A DNA stretch of 64,000 bases from Camelus dromedarius (Eukaryota). Where the stretch lies: contig NC_087472.1 of assembly GCF_036321535.1 (NCBI RefSeq), forward strand, positions 90,956,001-91,020,000. Direction: 5' to 3'. The notes under the pieces were generated by a model. The model was not told where the DNA came from. It did not search any database and saw only the letters and a program-made list of their open reading frames with translations. This document shows, piece after piece, positions 1-11,560 of the stretch. The translations under genes were made by a program, and so were the position numbers. The first letter of the stretch is position 1. Every line of letters starts with the position of its first letter.

Positions 1-297
1 TATTGGTGTCAGCCTTGGCCAATAGCCTTGCTTTGGCTAATGAAATTGATAGGAAGTGATATGCCGCACTTCTGAAGAAAAGTTTAAGAACCATAGTGTG
101 ATTCCACCATATTTAACTTTCTAGCAATGCCCCAGACAGAGGATGCCCCTTCACCCTTGGTTCTAAAATGAAAATGGCTTGGAGGCTACAGCCAGCCCAA
201 TATGGACAAAAAACACAAATAAGAAATAAACTTTTTTTGTACAACAGTGAGATTTGCAGATGGCTTGTTATTATATTGCAACTTAGTTCACTGATAG
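1..297 (+). mobile_element. MaLR (MLT1-type) LTR, 3' part
   Basis: MLT1-like motifs ttgctttggctaatgaaa...ggaagtgat and 3' end aagaaataaactttttttgt...gagatttg...ttgtta. Confidence 0.6.
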
Positions 298-309
298 AGC
301 TTCCAGTTA

Positions 310-1790
310 GCACTGTTTTGGAGGTTGTAGCCAGTACAGTAAGACAAAAAAAAAAGTCTTTGGATTGATAAGAAAAAACAAAAAATTTTGGCAGGGGATT
401 ATAGTTTCCTATGCAGAAGAATCAAGAAAACTTATAGATAAATTATTAGAATTAATAAGATGGATTGGCAAGATTGCTGCCAAACTCAAAATACAAAAAT
501 CAATAGATTTTCTATACCCCAGAAAACAATTATTTAGAAAACATAATTTTTTAAGTGCCACTTAAATTAGCAGCAGAGATAAATGTTTCTGGGAAGAAAA
601 TCGAGCAAAAGATGAGTAAGCCCTTTAAGGAAAAATTATAATACTGTATAGAAACACGTTAAAGATAACTTAGGTAAGTGGAGAAATACAGTGTATTCTT
701 GGTTTAGAAGACTCAGTATTGTAAACATGCATACAGTCAATGCTATTTTAATCAAAGACTCAACAGGGTTAGCGTGGAATTTCACAAACTGATTCTACAA
801 TTATATAGAAGAGAATTGGACTAGTAATAGCCAAAACACTTCTAAAGAAGAAAACTAAAGTGGGAAGACTTGCCCTATGAGATATCAAGTCTTATTTAAT
901 GGCTGTAATATTTAAGACAATGTGCTATTGACAAAGGGATATATACATTTCACCAAAGAGAAAATTAAAATGGCCATAACATATGAAAAGATGCTGTGCC
1001 TTTTAAGTATTCACAGGAAAATACAAATTAAAACCACAAGCTACCATTTTCTACACACCAATTGGCAAAATTGAAAAGTCAGATAATGAAAGGGTTGACC
1101 AAAAATGTAAAACATTGTGTACTTTCATCCACTGTTGGTAGAAGCTCATCAATTTTGGGAAAGTAAAGCTGAACATGCACATTATTTGTGACCTTGTTAT
1201 TCCATCTCTAAGTATATGCCCTAGAGAACTTCTTGCATGTGTACCAGGAGATGTAGAAAGAATGCTTACAGCAGCTTCATTCCTGAGAGCAAAACACTGA
1301 AAACAACCAACTCTCCATCATCAGCAAAAATATCATTAGACTGAGACATATAGGATGCTGTGCAGCAGTGGACATGAACAAACTATAGTGCATCAACATG
1401 AATGAGGCTCAAAGATGCAAAGTTCAGTGAAAGGGCCAGCTCACTGAAAAATGCATCCAGTATGAATCTAATTGTCTACCATTCCAATTACAGAAAACTA
1501 AGCAACATATTGTTAAGAGACATATTCATGTGTGGTTTAAAAAAAACTCTATGAAGCAAATGAGCTAATTATCAATACAAAATCCAAGATAATGGTCACC
1601 TGGAAGTCCAGGGACAGGATCTCCAGAGAGCCAATGAGGTAGTAGTAAAGTTCTATTTCTGAAACTGAGTAGATAGGTCCATGAATGTGCATTTTACTAG
1701 TATTATTTACTTTGCATGTGTACATTTCACATCCTATGTATATGATATATTTCATAATAATTTTTAAATTAATGGGCATAACCATATATA
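310..1790 (+). mobile_element. Old, decayed L1 (L1M-type): ORF2 3' part plus 3' UTR
   Basis: ORF track gives VLEVVASTVRQKK, resembling L1 ORF2 LEVLARAIRQ, and KLLELI...KIQKSIDFLY. A-rich sense strand with L1 3' UTR motifs. Confidence 0.75.
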
Positions 1791-2359
1791 TAAATTTTAA
1801 ACATAACTAGTGTACTATACATAAGAATAATAAAACACATAAAAACAGACTCTTTTAAGGGATGGGGTAAAACAGAATAGACGTCCTTTAAGTTTGCCCA
1901 AAATTATGGTTCCAAAAAACACTTCTGTTATCAGTCTGTAGAAGTTTGGCTTCATGTCCTGAATATTTCTGTTTTTAATGTCTTGCTATTCATGATAGCT
2001 TCATGTTAGCTAATTTTCTCAAGACTACTATACACTCAGGGTAATGTATATTGTTAATGATAGTGGATGTATATTAATTTTTCTAACAGTCTTCCTTAGT
2101 AATTTTAAAACTTTTGGATAACTTGTTAGATTTTGTAACACTGTCACTATTATTACTTCATAATATGACGGATGAAGACCTAGTTCTAAGTGTAGGAGTA
2201 GTGTCAGCTCCTCCATTTACTTGCATTAGTCTTGGCATTTCATCCATTTGAGGATTCTTTGTAAGAATCTCTTGAAGCCCTTATGAGTCTCTCAAGAGTT
2301 CACTTAAACTTCTTAATATAATCTGTAAAGCTTCTCAACCAGGCTTACCAAAACTGTAA

Positions 2360-2830
2360 CTGTTTCTGCTATGTACTTCTATATAACTACCCCAAAGTAT
2401 TGGAACTTAAAACAATAATTGAGTATTACTATGATTAAATATTAAAATATTGTGAGTTGAGAATTTGGATAAGGCACAGTGGGAACAGCTAATCTCTGTT
2501 TCAGGATGTTTGGGACGTCAGCTGGGACAACTTGATTGTCTGGAAGAAGGAACAGTAGAGCCAACCAGGCATCTCTCTCTCTCCATACAGCTTCTCCATT
2601 TGGCCAGCTTGGGCTTCCTCAGAGCATGGTTGCCCTAAGGTTCTAAGAGTGCCATGCTGAAGCCATTAGTCTTTTTACAGGCTACACCCGTAACTGGCAC
2701 AGTGTCACCTCCACCGTGTACTACTGGTCAAGTAAGTTACTAAGAATAACGTAGATTCGAGTGGGAGGGCAGCAAGATTCCACCCTCAGGAGTAGAATGG
2801 AATTTGCAGCCATATTTGGTCTTCCATACA
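2360..2830 (-). mobile_element. MaLR (MLT1-type) LTR
   Basis: Reverse-oriented MLT1 motifs taactaccccaaa...cttaaaacaa, ggccagcttgggcttcctcagagcatgg and ctggcacagtgtcacctccacc. Confidence 0.6.
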
Positions 2831-3879
2831 AATATATCACCGAAAGGGAGTCACTGTAAACCCTCCTCACTGTAGAACTCCAAATCTTCCCCCAAAAGGG
2901 GGGCGTGAAGGTCTCATACATTGACCCACTAAGGAAACCAGTGTCAGTCAGTTATTAAACCCTAGCAAGTCTTGTTTCCTTTCGTTTTTGATAAAAATAA
3001 ATACCATTAGAAATTCCTGCATCCCTGTGGGGGCACCCGCTCCGTTCTAAGTATAGGCAGGCATTATGGACGCTTGAAAGAGACAATGATCACACAGAAC
3101 TGAAAGATGCGAATTGGTGATTTGCTATGGCTCCACAACCCATGCAGCTGGGTTGCAGAAATCTGAACATTTGAAGTAAATGCTCTCAATTGGCTTCCAA
3201 ATGCCGGTCTCTTGTTTTCATCCCACAGTGGCCTGGCTCGAGTGCTGGACTGGCTGCTAGGTGCAGCTTTAGCAGTCCCGCTGCACACTCTGACAGGTGG
3301 ATGGGTTACTTTCACGGAGCCAGAGGCCCCACAGCTGCTAATAGTAATTATACTTGTCAGCAATGCATTCCCCTCAGGAAACTCCTGCTGCTTCATTAGG
3401 GCTAATTGCCAATAGGCAGTGCAATTTCCTACAAGAGGAGGGGACATAAACCCACAGGGAGTTGACAGAACAGCTGTGTGAGCTCAGAGACGCCAGATGT
3501 GGCCACGTGCCATTAAAGTGTAGCTGAGGGCTGCTGAATTCATTCAACCCAGTCCTGGGAACAGAAGAAAATAATTTGGTAAGGCAGGCCAAACTAGTCT
3601 CCTACCAGCTTTTGTGAAAAATATGAACATACTTTGCTGGACATCCAACTTAAAAAAAAACTCTATATTCTGAAAATATATTTCTTACCTTATACAGGAC
3701 AGTAAGTTTAAACAATTTCCCTATAACTGGTTTCATTAAATTACTATTTATGTACTTACTATGTGTCTAGATCTATGCCCACACTCAGGGTACAAGATGA
3801 GGTATTCTCTCTGGTGGGATTTAGATCATATACAGAGTCTTGTAAATTAAAGTAAGGACTTTGGTTTTCAATATGAAAT

Positions 3880-4690
3880 GAAGAGTCACCAAAGAAGAGA
3901 TGTGCCATGATCTTACATTTCAAACTGTCAGTCTGTTTACTATGTGGACAACAGACTACAAGGGAGCAAATGTAGGAGCAAGAACATGCATAGGGAGGCA
4001 ACTACAATAAGCCAGCTGAGAGATGAGGGGGGCTCAGACCAGGGTGGTCATCGGGACGGAATGGGAAGTGAGAAGACTGTGGATGTATCTGGGAGGTAGA
4101 ATCAACAGATTTCTTAATGGACTGAATGTGGAGTAAAAAAGAGAAGAATATAGACGATTCTAAGGTTTGGGGCAAAAGTAACTCCCCAAAGGATGAAGTT
4201 GCCAACAGTTGAGATGAAAAAGCCATGAGTAGTGAAGTGGGAGTAAATCAGGAGTTCCATCTGGAGCAGTGATTGTGAGATGTCTGTGTGACATCCAAAT
4301 GGAGATGTCCAATAAGCAGTTTGGATGTGTGTGTCTGGAGTTGAGGAGAGAGGTCTGGACTGCATATCAATTTTAGAGTCATTGATATATTCACAGTATT
4401 TGATTATTTAAAAACTAAATGAGTTTACCAAGGGAGTGAGTGTAGACAGAGGAAAGAAAATCACTGAAAACAGAGTTCCGGGACACTCCACCATTCAGAG
4501 AGCAGGGAGAAAAGGAGGTGCTGCCAAAAGAGACTGAGAAGAAACAACCAGGAAACTGAAGAGCACAGCATCTCAGAAGCCACATGAAGGAAGTGTGACT
4601 AATGGATGACGGATACTCAACTCTGGCTCCTAATGACAACAGGTCAGGCAACATGAAAACTGAGAGCTGACTAGAGGATTGGCATACAGG
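3880..4690 (-). mobile_element. LINE2 fragment
   Basis: Purine-rich + strand typical of antisense L2, e.g. gacatccaaatggagatgtccaataagcagtttggat, whose reverse complement resembles the L2 ORF2 region LLDISTWMS. Confidence 0.75.
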
Positions 4691-5208
4691 AAATTCACAA
4701 TATTTAAAATTAATTTTTAGCAGTTTTCTCTGTCTCAGTCTTTTATATCAACAAAACTTATACAATGTTGATTTGGGAGAGAGTATGTCACCCCCTTACA
4801 GAGTAATCTAATTTTACTATTCTCCCCCACCTCAGATTTTTTTTAAAATGATAAATAATGAAAGTAGAAAGTAAAAGCCTCCTTTAATTAGGGTGAGAGT
4901 AATATATACTAGAGGTAAGAGATGTGTTGCATATAGTAGTTGAATAAGCAGAATGATCTACTTCTCCAGCTTCTGGTGTAAATTTGATCACATCTCCTGA
5001 TACAGTTAAATTTCTTGCTATAGCCTCCACCTCTTAACATTTGCAGAATGTCTCTTAGTGCCTCCCTGACACTCCCATTTGTCTCAGAACCTTCAAGGCC
5101 TCCTTAATCCAAAGCTGAAATACTGCTTCCAAATGAGTATATAGTATAGTGGCTAAGGGCATGGATTCTCAAACTACGTTGCTTGCGTTTAAATCCTAGC
5201 TCTACCTC

Positions 5209-6080
5209 TGTATTAGTCAGCTATCACTAGGTTATGCTGCCTGACAAACAAATGTTAATTACAACAACAAATAGATATTTCTCCTGCATTTGACATGTGG
5301 GTGGCTATAGGTACCTGACTCTTGGTCATGGTGGTGTCTGTTCCATGTTCCTTTTTGACTGAGTGAGCAATCATGATTTGAGAAATACCTGTTCTGGTGG
5401 GAGACAAAAGAGACTAATCCAGACTATGCAAACACTTTTAGAGCTTCTGCTTGGATGTCACATCCATTCACATTCTTTGGCTAAAGTCAGTCACACAGTA
5501 TGGTTTCTACTATCAGTTCCTCCCTTTCCTGTATGAATGTGCTGCTCCACACATCAGAAAGTAGGGCCTATTTCTGATCCTCTTGAACCTGGACTGGTGT
5601 TGTGAACTTGCCTTGACCAATACAATGTGGCAGGAAGTGTCACTTTAAGATTTTCAAGCCCAAGTCTTAAGAAGGCTGGCAGCTTTCATCTCCTCTGTCT
5701 TAGGACCCAGCTGGCATGCCAGAAGGAATTCCAGACTGGACTAGAGAATAAACAGATTCCATGTGAAGGAAGGTTCTGAAGGATGAGAGGCCATCCTGGA
5801 CATTCCAGTCTCAGCTAGAGCCCAGTTGATGTGGGTGCATGAAGAGACCTCAAGTAAGACCAGCAGAAGAAGCTCTAGCTGAGCCCCAGCAAAACCACAG
5901 AATCATGAGAAATAATAAAGTAGTGTTTTAAGCCACTAACTTTTGGGGTAGTTTTTCAAGAACATATGAGTATAGTGCATTGGTCAAGTCCTAAATCAGT
6001 GGAGCAGGGAAGTATACTTCTCCTGTGAGGTATGTGGAGATGAAAGTGAATATTTTTTAACAGTAGTACAATTTAGCACA
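5209..6080 (-). mobile_element. MLT1-type LTR (-) containing a nested MLT1-type LTR (+) at ~5500-5960
   Basis: Outer element has TG...CA ends (tgtattagtcag ... tttagcaca). Inner element has cttgaacctggactgg...ccttgaccaatacaatgtggcaggaagtg and ttttaagccactaacttttgggg. Confidence 0.6.
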
Positions 6081-6155
6081 GTCCTTCGGTAACATGGTTA
6101 ACCACTTCAGCACCCTGTGTCTCACCTGCTGATCTGGAAATGGGAGTTGATTTTT

Positions 6156-6336
6156 TCACTTTTTTTTAATTATTTAAGTATAGTCAATTACAATGTGTCA
6201 ATTTCTGATGTACAGCATAATGTTTCAGTCATACATATGTATGCATATATTTATTTTCATATTCTTTTTCATTATAGGTTACTACAAGATATTAAATATA
6301 GTTCCCTGAGCTATATAGTATGAACTTGTTTATCTT
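6156..6336 (-). mobile_element. Short 5'-truncated lineage-specific L1 3' end
   Basis: Poly-T followed by aagtatagtcaattacaatgtgtcaatttctg. TSD ggagttgattttt (6143-6155) / ggagctgattttt (6337-6349). Confidence 0.8.
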
Positions 6337-7494
6337 GGAGCTGATTTTTAATGTAACCATCTCATTAGATTATTGTGAGGGTTAAATAAATAAAGGTATG
6401 TGACACTCAGATTTGGAACAAAATGTTAGATATTTTCTGTTCAGTCCCCCTAGTAGGCCTCTCTTTCTTGCTGGTATTGATGTGTGGTACCCATAAAGTG
6501 TCATTTGAAAGCTGTGATCCTTACCCTAGTGCAGATCTCTGCAGGCCACAGCTATTCCTCAGGAAGGACAGTACCACTCTAGCTGATGATTTAAGTCTAA
6601 CCAGGTTCACATACATATGCTCAGTTATTGTCTCCAAAGCACCTTTTTTCAGAAAAGACCTTCAGCCTAGACCACACAAACGCTGTGTCATAAATAGTCC
6701 CTCATCCACCCACACATAGGGCCTGCTATTGGACCCAATCACCCACCATCAAAACTTCTTTTCTTGTAGTGGTGAATCCCTTCAGGGTCTCTAGTGTCCT
6801 TCCCAGTGACAAAACTCCACCAGGACCATTTCAAAACATGAAAGAAGTAAGACAGAGGTCACAGTCTCTTTTCTCCCAGAAGATTCTTTGGTCCCTTAGG
6901 ACATTTACCCATCTCCTCCCCAGAAAGAGCTCTGTGTTGTACCAAGTATTGGGAAAGAGAAGAGTTTTTGCCAGGACCTAAAATGATAATAGTAGTTATT
7001 ATTTGATAGGGAAATTTCAACCGTTTTTTTTTCTTTTTTTCTCTTTCTCCTTCTCTCAGAGTATTTTGTGTAGTTTTTTTGATCTCTGAGAATGTATTAT
7101 TTATAACCAGAAAACAATAAATCAAAGGAGAAAAAAATGTGTTACCTTAAAAAAATCCCCCCAGTGGTGTCTCAGTATTTAAACATGCAACTCCATTTAA
7201 TTATGCAAATTTAAGGTTGTTTAACAAATTCCCTGGAATTCATGACATGTTAAGTTGATGTTGGAGTCCTGACCTCCTGAATTAGAAGAAAGCCATTTTT
7301 TTTCAACAAACATTTCTAAGAATCTCCAGGGATGCTTATCAGCATCTTTGAATCCATCTTGATAGTTCCCTGTATTTTACATGCAGAACAGTCTTCCCTT
7401 TCAGTGCTCAGGCCCTGGGCAGAAGAGAGCCATTTGTATAGACTCCTGGTTCCTTCCTCTGTGAAGATTTGTCCTTAACTACAGAGAGCTGTTT

Positions 7495-7623
7495 TTTTTT
7501 TTTAAGTTTTTTTTTGGCAGGGGGTGATTAGGTTTATTTTTTTTAATGGAGGTACTGGGGATTGAACCCAGGACCTTGCACATACTAAGCATAAGCGCTA
7601 ACACTTGAGCTATACCCTCCCCT
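7495..7623 (-). mobile_element. tRNA-Ala-derived SINE (Vic-1-like)
   Basis: Reverse complement reads ggggagggtatagctcaagtgttagcgcttatgcttagtatgtgcaaggtcctgggttcaatccccagtacc with an A-rich tail. Degenerate TSD ctacagagagctg / ctacagcaagctg. Confidence 0.85.
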
Positions 7624-7644
7624 CTACAGCAAGCTGCTTTAAAA

Positions 7645-8164
7645 TGTAGGTTTTATTATTATTCAGGTAGTATATGATAAGACAAACAAATCAAGAGATG
7701 ATTACCACTGAAAAGATAATCTGTTACTCACAGATCCCAAGAGGAGGGGACACAACAGAAAAGAACCAGCGTTGATCAGGAGGCAGAGGGAGTGAGGGGG
7801 AAATGTGGAGAGAAGCCTTTCTCCTGATTTCCACGGAAAGGAAAATCAAGACAGGATAAGCAGGTGTAGAACTGGCTAGTTTGAATGCTTTCTGCAGGCT
7901 CTGCAGTGGAGGGGCTGTGCTGAGTTAGCCGATACGTGGCCCTGGGGTGACTAGGGCAGGGAGATATTGGCCTGGAGTATAAGAGCCAGAGGAGATGGGG
8001 GAAGTATGGGCTCTGGACTGGTTAGTTTGCGTATGAAAGTCTGTTTGCTATCTTCAGGAATTAGCTGACTCTGGGAGGAACAATCCCTCCCTGATCACCT
8101 GTCATCAAGGTCCAAGATGCCAAAGCACCAAGAATAGAGAAAATAAGAAACTATAGTTAATACA
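7645..8164 (-). mobile_element. Solo ERVL-type LTR (MER54/MER74-like)
   Basis: TG...CA termini. Reverse complement starts tgtattaactatagtttcttattttctctattcttggtgctttggcatcttgg, which I recall as typical of this LTR group. Confidence 0.6.
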
Positions 8165-8714
8165 TGAGCCTTTGTTGGGACCATCCTGATGCCTTAGACA
8201 AGTTTCTACATCCCTGAAAGTCAGTGGGGGTTGGGGAGAGGTACTGCCCAATTCTGCCCATGGAAAGCACAAGCCCTCAAGGCTCTCAGGTCAGAGAGCC
8301 CCATTCCACACGTTGCTCTTTTTTTTTTTTTTTAAGAAATCTATTTCTTTTTCTGAATTAAGAACTGAATTTATACTACTATTATGGCATTTCTAAGCAT
8401 CTTTTTGTCATTTCTTGTTCCTCTTTCTGTTTCCTCCACTAGATTCTGATTTCCCAAAGGCAGGAGCAGTGACTTCCTATTCACCTTTGCATCTCTAGAT
8501 GCACACAGTACTAATTAATACTTAGATACTGGTTAAATAATTTAATTTATAAATTAATTCAGGAAATGAGACATCTGGGGAAAATATATAAGTACAGGAG
8601 TATAATCCTCTCTCCACTGTTTATGATCCCTGAAATTTTACCAACTAGATTTAAAACAGGAGAAAACTGTTTCATAAAATTAGTGCTGACTCCCTTCCCT
8701 GGACCAGGACTAAT

Positions 8715-8990
8715 TTTTTTTTAAACAACTTTTTATCAATAGACAACTTACATACCATAAAGTTCACACATTTAAAGTGCCCTGGGGAGTGGGGCGGGGT
8801 ATAGCTCAGTGGTAGAATGCTGTGTTTAGCACGCACAAGGTCCTGGGTTCAATCCCCAGTACCACCGTTCAAAAAATAAATAAATCAATAAACAAGCAAA
8901 CAAACCCAATTAATTCCTCCCCCCAAAAAATAATAAAGTGTACTGATTCAAAAGTTTTTAGTGTATTCAGAGTTGCACACCAATCACCAT
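8715..8990 (-). mobile_element. L1MB-like 3' end interrupted by a SINE
   Basis: ttacataccataaagttcacacatttaaagtg, then the SINE, then tactgattcaaaagtttttagtgtattcagagttgc. Confidence 0.65.
8784..8933 (+). mobile_element. tRNA-Ala-derived SINE (Vic-1-like)
   Basis: ggggtatagctcagtggtagaatgc...ttagcacgcacaaggtcctgggttcaatccccagtacc with Pol III A and B boxes and an A-rich tail; flanked by taaagtg repeats. Confidence 0.85.
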
Positions 8991-9659
8991 AAGCATTCCT
9001 AGAGATTCTCAGAAGCATTTGGTAGAAAAAACCTAGATCTTCTTCCAATTCAGTAGGTCAGGCCTCCAACATCAACTTGGCATGTCATGGAGTACAGGGA
9101 ATTTGATAAGCAATCTTAAGTTTGCACAATTAAAGAGAGCTGCATGTTTAAACACTGAGATATTACGGGGGGGGGGGAGGGATTTTTTTTTAAGCCCTCA
9201 CACTTTTTTCTCCTTTGATTTATTGTATTCTAGATATAAATAATACATTCTCAAAAGCTACACAAAGTACTCTGAGGAAGAAAGAAAGAGGAGAAAAAAC
9301 AGGTGAAATTTACCTATCAAATAATAACTAGTTATCACTGTAGGTCCTGGCAAAAAGCTCCTCAACCCTTGGCACAACACAGAGCTGTTTCTGGGGAAGA
9401 GATGGGTAAGTATCCTCAGGGGACAAGAATCTCCTGGGAGAAACGAGACTGTGACTTCTGACTCACTCCTTTCGTGGCCTGAAATGGTCCCAGTGGAAGC
9501 TTTTCAGTGGGAAGGACTGCATTTTAGGAAAAATAGAGAGCAAGGAAGGTGCACTGGAGGAACGCTAGTGAGAGAAATGTAGAACAAGAGAAGTCAAAGA
9601 GATGATTTACATTTATCTCCCACAAATGTTGTGGGAAAGCTTTGGGAAAATAGGTTTCA

Positions 9660-10440
9660 AAACAGGCAATGTATGAACTGAAATGCTCATACATTACTGG
9701 TGAGAATGTAAAGTGATGCACCCCTATGGAAGAAAGTCTGATGGTTCTTCAATAGGCTAAACACAGAATTACCAAATCATATAGCACAGGGAACTATATT
9801 CAATAGCTTGTAATAGCCTACAATGAAAAAGAATATATATATATAACTGAATCACTATGCTGTACACCAGAAACTAACACATTGTAAATCAACTATACTT
9901 CAGTTTAAAAAAAAAGATTATCAAATGACCCAACAATTGCACACCTAGGTATATACCTCCAAAGAACTGAAAACAGGTTTTCAAACAAAAACTGGTAGAT
10001 GAAAGTTGATACAACACTATTCACACTAGCCAAAAGGTAGAAACAACCCAAACAAATGGGCATTTCATATAAAGGGAATGGTACACTATGTGGTCTTTTA
10101 TGACTGGTTTCTTTCATTTACGATAATAGTTTCAAGGTCCATTCATGTTGTGGCGTGCATCAGAGCTTCACGGCTTTTCACGGCCAGATAATATTCCATT
10201 GTGTGTATACTACATTTTGTTTATCCATTCACCTCTTGATGGTCATTTCAGTTTTTTCCACCTTTTGGCTAAACAAAATTCATATGAAATGTCCAGAATC
10301 AGCAAGTCCATAGAGACAGAAGGCAGATTAGTGATTGCCAGGGACTGAGGGTAAAGGAGCCAGTTGAAAGGGGGTGATTACTAATGAGTACAAGGTTTTT
10401 CTTTTGGAGTGATAAAAATGTTCTAAAATTAGATTTATGG
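9660..10440 (+). mobile_element. L1MB-like 3' region with a nested young L1 end (9778-9913) and an internal inverted segment (~10058-10271)
   Basis: L1 motifs cattactggtgagaatgtaaa and atgaaatgtccagaatcagcaagtccatagagacagaaggcagattagtgattgccaggg. The nested insert has TSD agaattaccaaat / aagattatcaaat. Confidence 0.75.
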
Positions 10441-10654
10441 TACTTTTATGGGGAAAATATATATATAAAATCTTTACTTCTCCTGTACTAGATCTCTCTT
10501 ACTAACCCTCCTCTAATGCGTCTTCCTTCCCCTCTCTTCTTTCTAAAATACAATCATAGAAGTGTTTAAATGAAAGGAGAAGGGAGAAAGAAAGGAAAAT
10601 AGAAGCCAAGGAATGCTGGAGCAAGGACCACAGCAACATCCCCTCCTGCCCACT

Positions 10655-11020
10655 GTGGTGCCATACTCAGTTTGGGTTCCTCTGAAAGAAGGGCATGAGA
10701 CAGGGGTGCAGGTCATTTATTTGGGAGGCAATCACAGAATTTAAGAGTGAAGGTTAAGGGAGAGTGAAATGGGGAGAAGAAGTAACCAGAGTAAGATGGT
10801 TTGTTTTTTATTAATTCAGCTTACAGGGACTTAATTCCACCAAGACCACTGAATAGCCTATTAAAGACATTCTAGAACCGTCCACCTGACAAGCTGGAGT
10901 ATTTATCCATGGACTCACGTTCCCCCTTGCTTGAGGATGGCCCACAGGGACTGGGACCATGGGCAGTGTTCAGCGTGGGTTCGGCGTGTTCCCAGTATTG
11001 GACAAGGCCTGTGGCAAAAG
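10655..11020 (-). mobile_element. ERVL-type LTR (LTR16/LTR33-like)
   Basis: Motif tgagacaggggtgcaggtcatttatttgggaggcaatcacag. Confidence 0.45.
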
Positions 11021-11049
11021 CTCACATACTATAGGATTCTTTTGACAAT

Positions 11050-11560
11050 ATTTTTCCTGAAGTATAACATATATACAGGAGAAGGCACAGAAGTAAGAAG
11101 ACACAGTGATGAGTTCTGACAAATGCATACGCCCCTGGAGACCCAACTCATGTGAGATATGGGACGCTTCCCTTATCCCAAAAAGTCCATGGTGCTGCCC
11201 TCTCTGTAGCCAATCCCTGTCCGCACCCCCACCCCAATTCCCACGCCGGTCAACCACTGCTCTGACTTCTATCACCAGGGGTTAGTTTCGGCTGTTTCCG
11301 AACTGCACATAGATCAAATCATACAGTATGTACTCTTGATTCTGGCTTCTTTTGCTCGACAAAACATTCTTGAGATTCACTCACAATGTTGCATGACAGA
11401 CAACTTGTTCGTTTTCATTGCTGAGAAGTTTTCCATTGTATGAATACACCACAATTTGTTTATCCACTCTCCTACTGATGGAGATTTGCATTGTTGTCAG
11501 TTTCTGGCTATTATGAGGAAAACTTACGCAAGTTCTCGTATAATCTTTCATGGACATTAT
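11050..11560 (-). mobile_element. Old L1 (L1MD/ME-like) 3' end
   Basis: gaagtataacatatatacag...caaccactgctctgacttctatcacc...ccacaatttgtttatcca. Confidence 0.7.

Larger units (their letters stand above)
5140..6435 (+). mobile_element. MIR SINE split into three pieces (5140-5208, 6081-6150, 6350-6435) by later insertions
   Basis: Successive MIR segments gtatagtggctaagggcatgg...aatcctagctctacc, ctcacctg...gaaatgggag and catctcattagattattgtgagggttaaat. Confidence 0.6.

Noticed and set aside
9167..9181. G-quadruplex at a poly-G run
   Set aside because: An isolated homopolymer with no supporting context.
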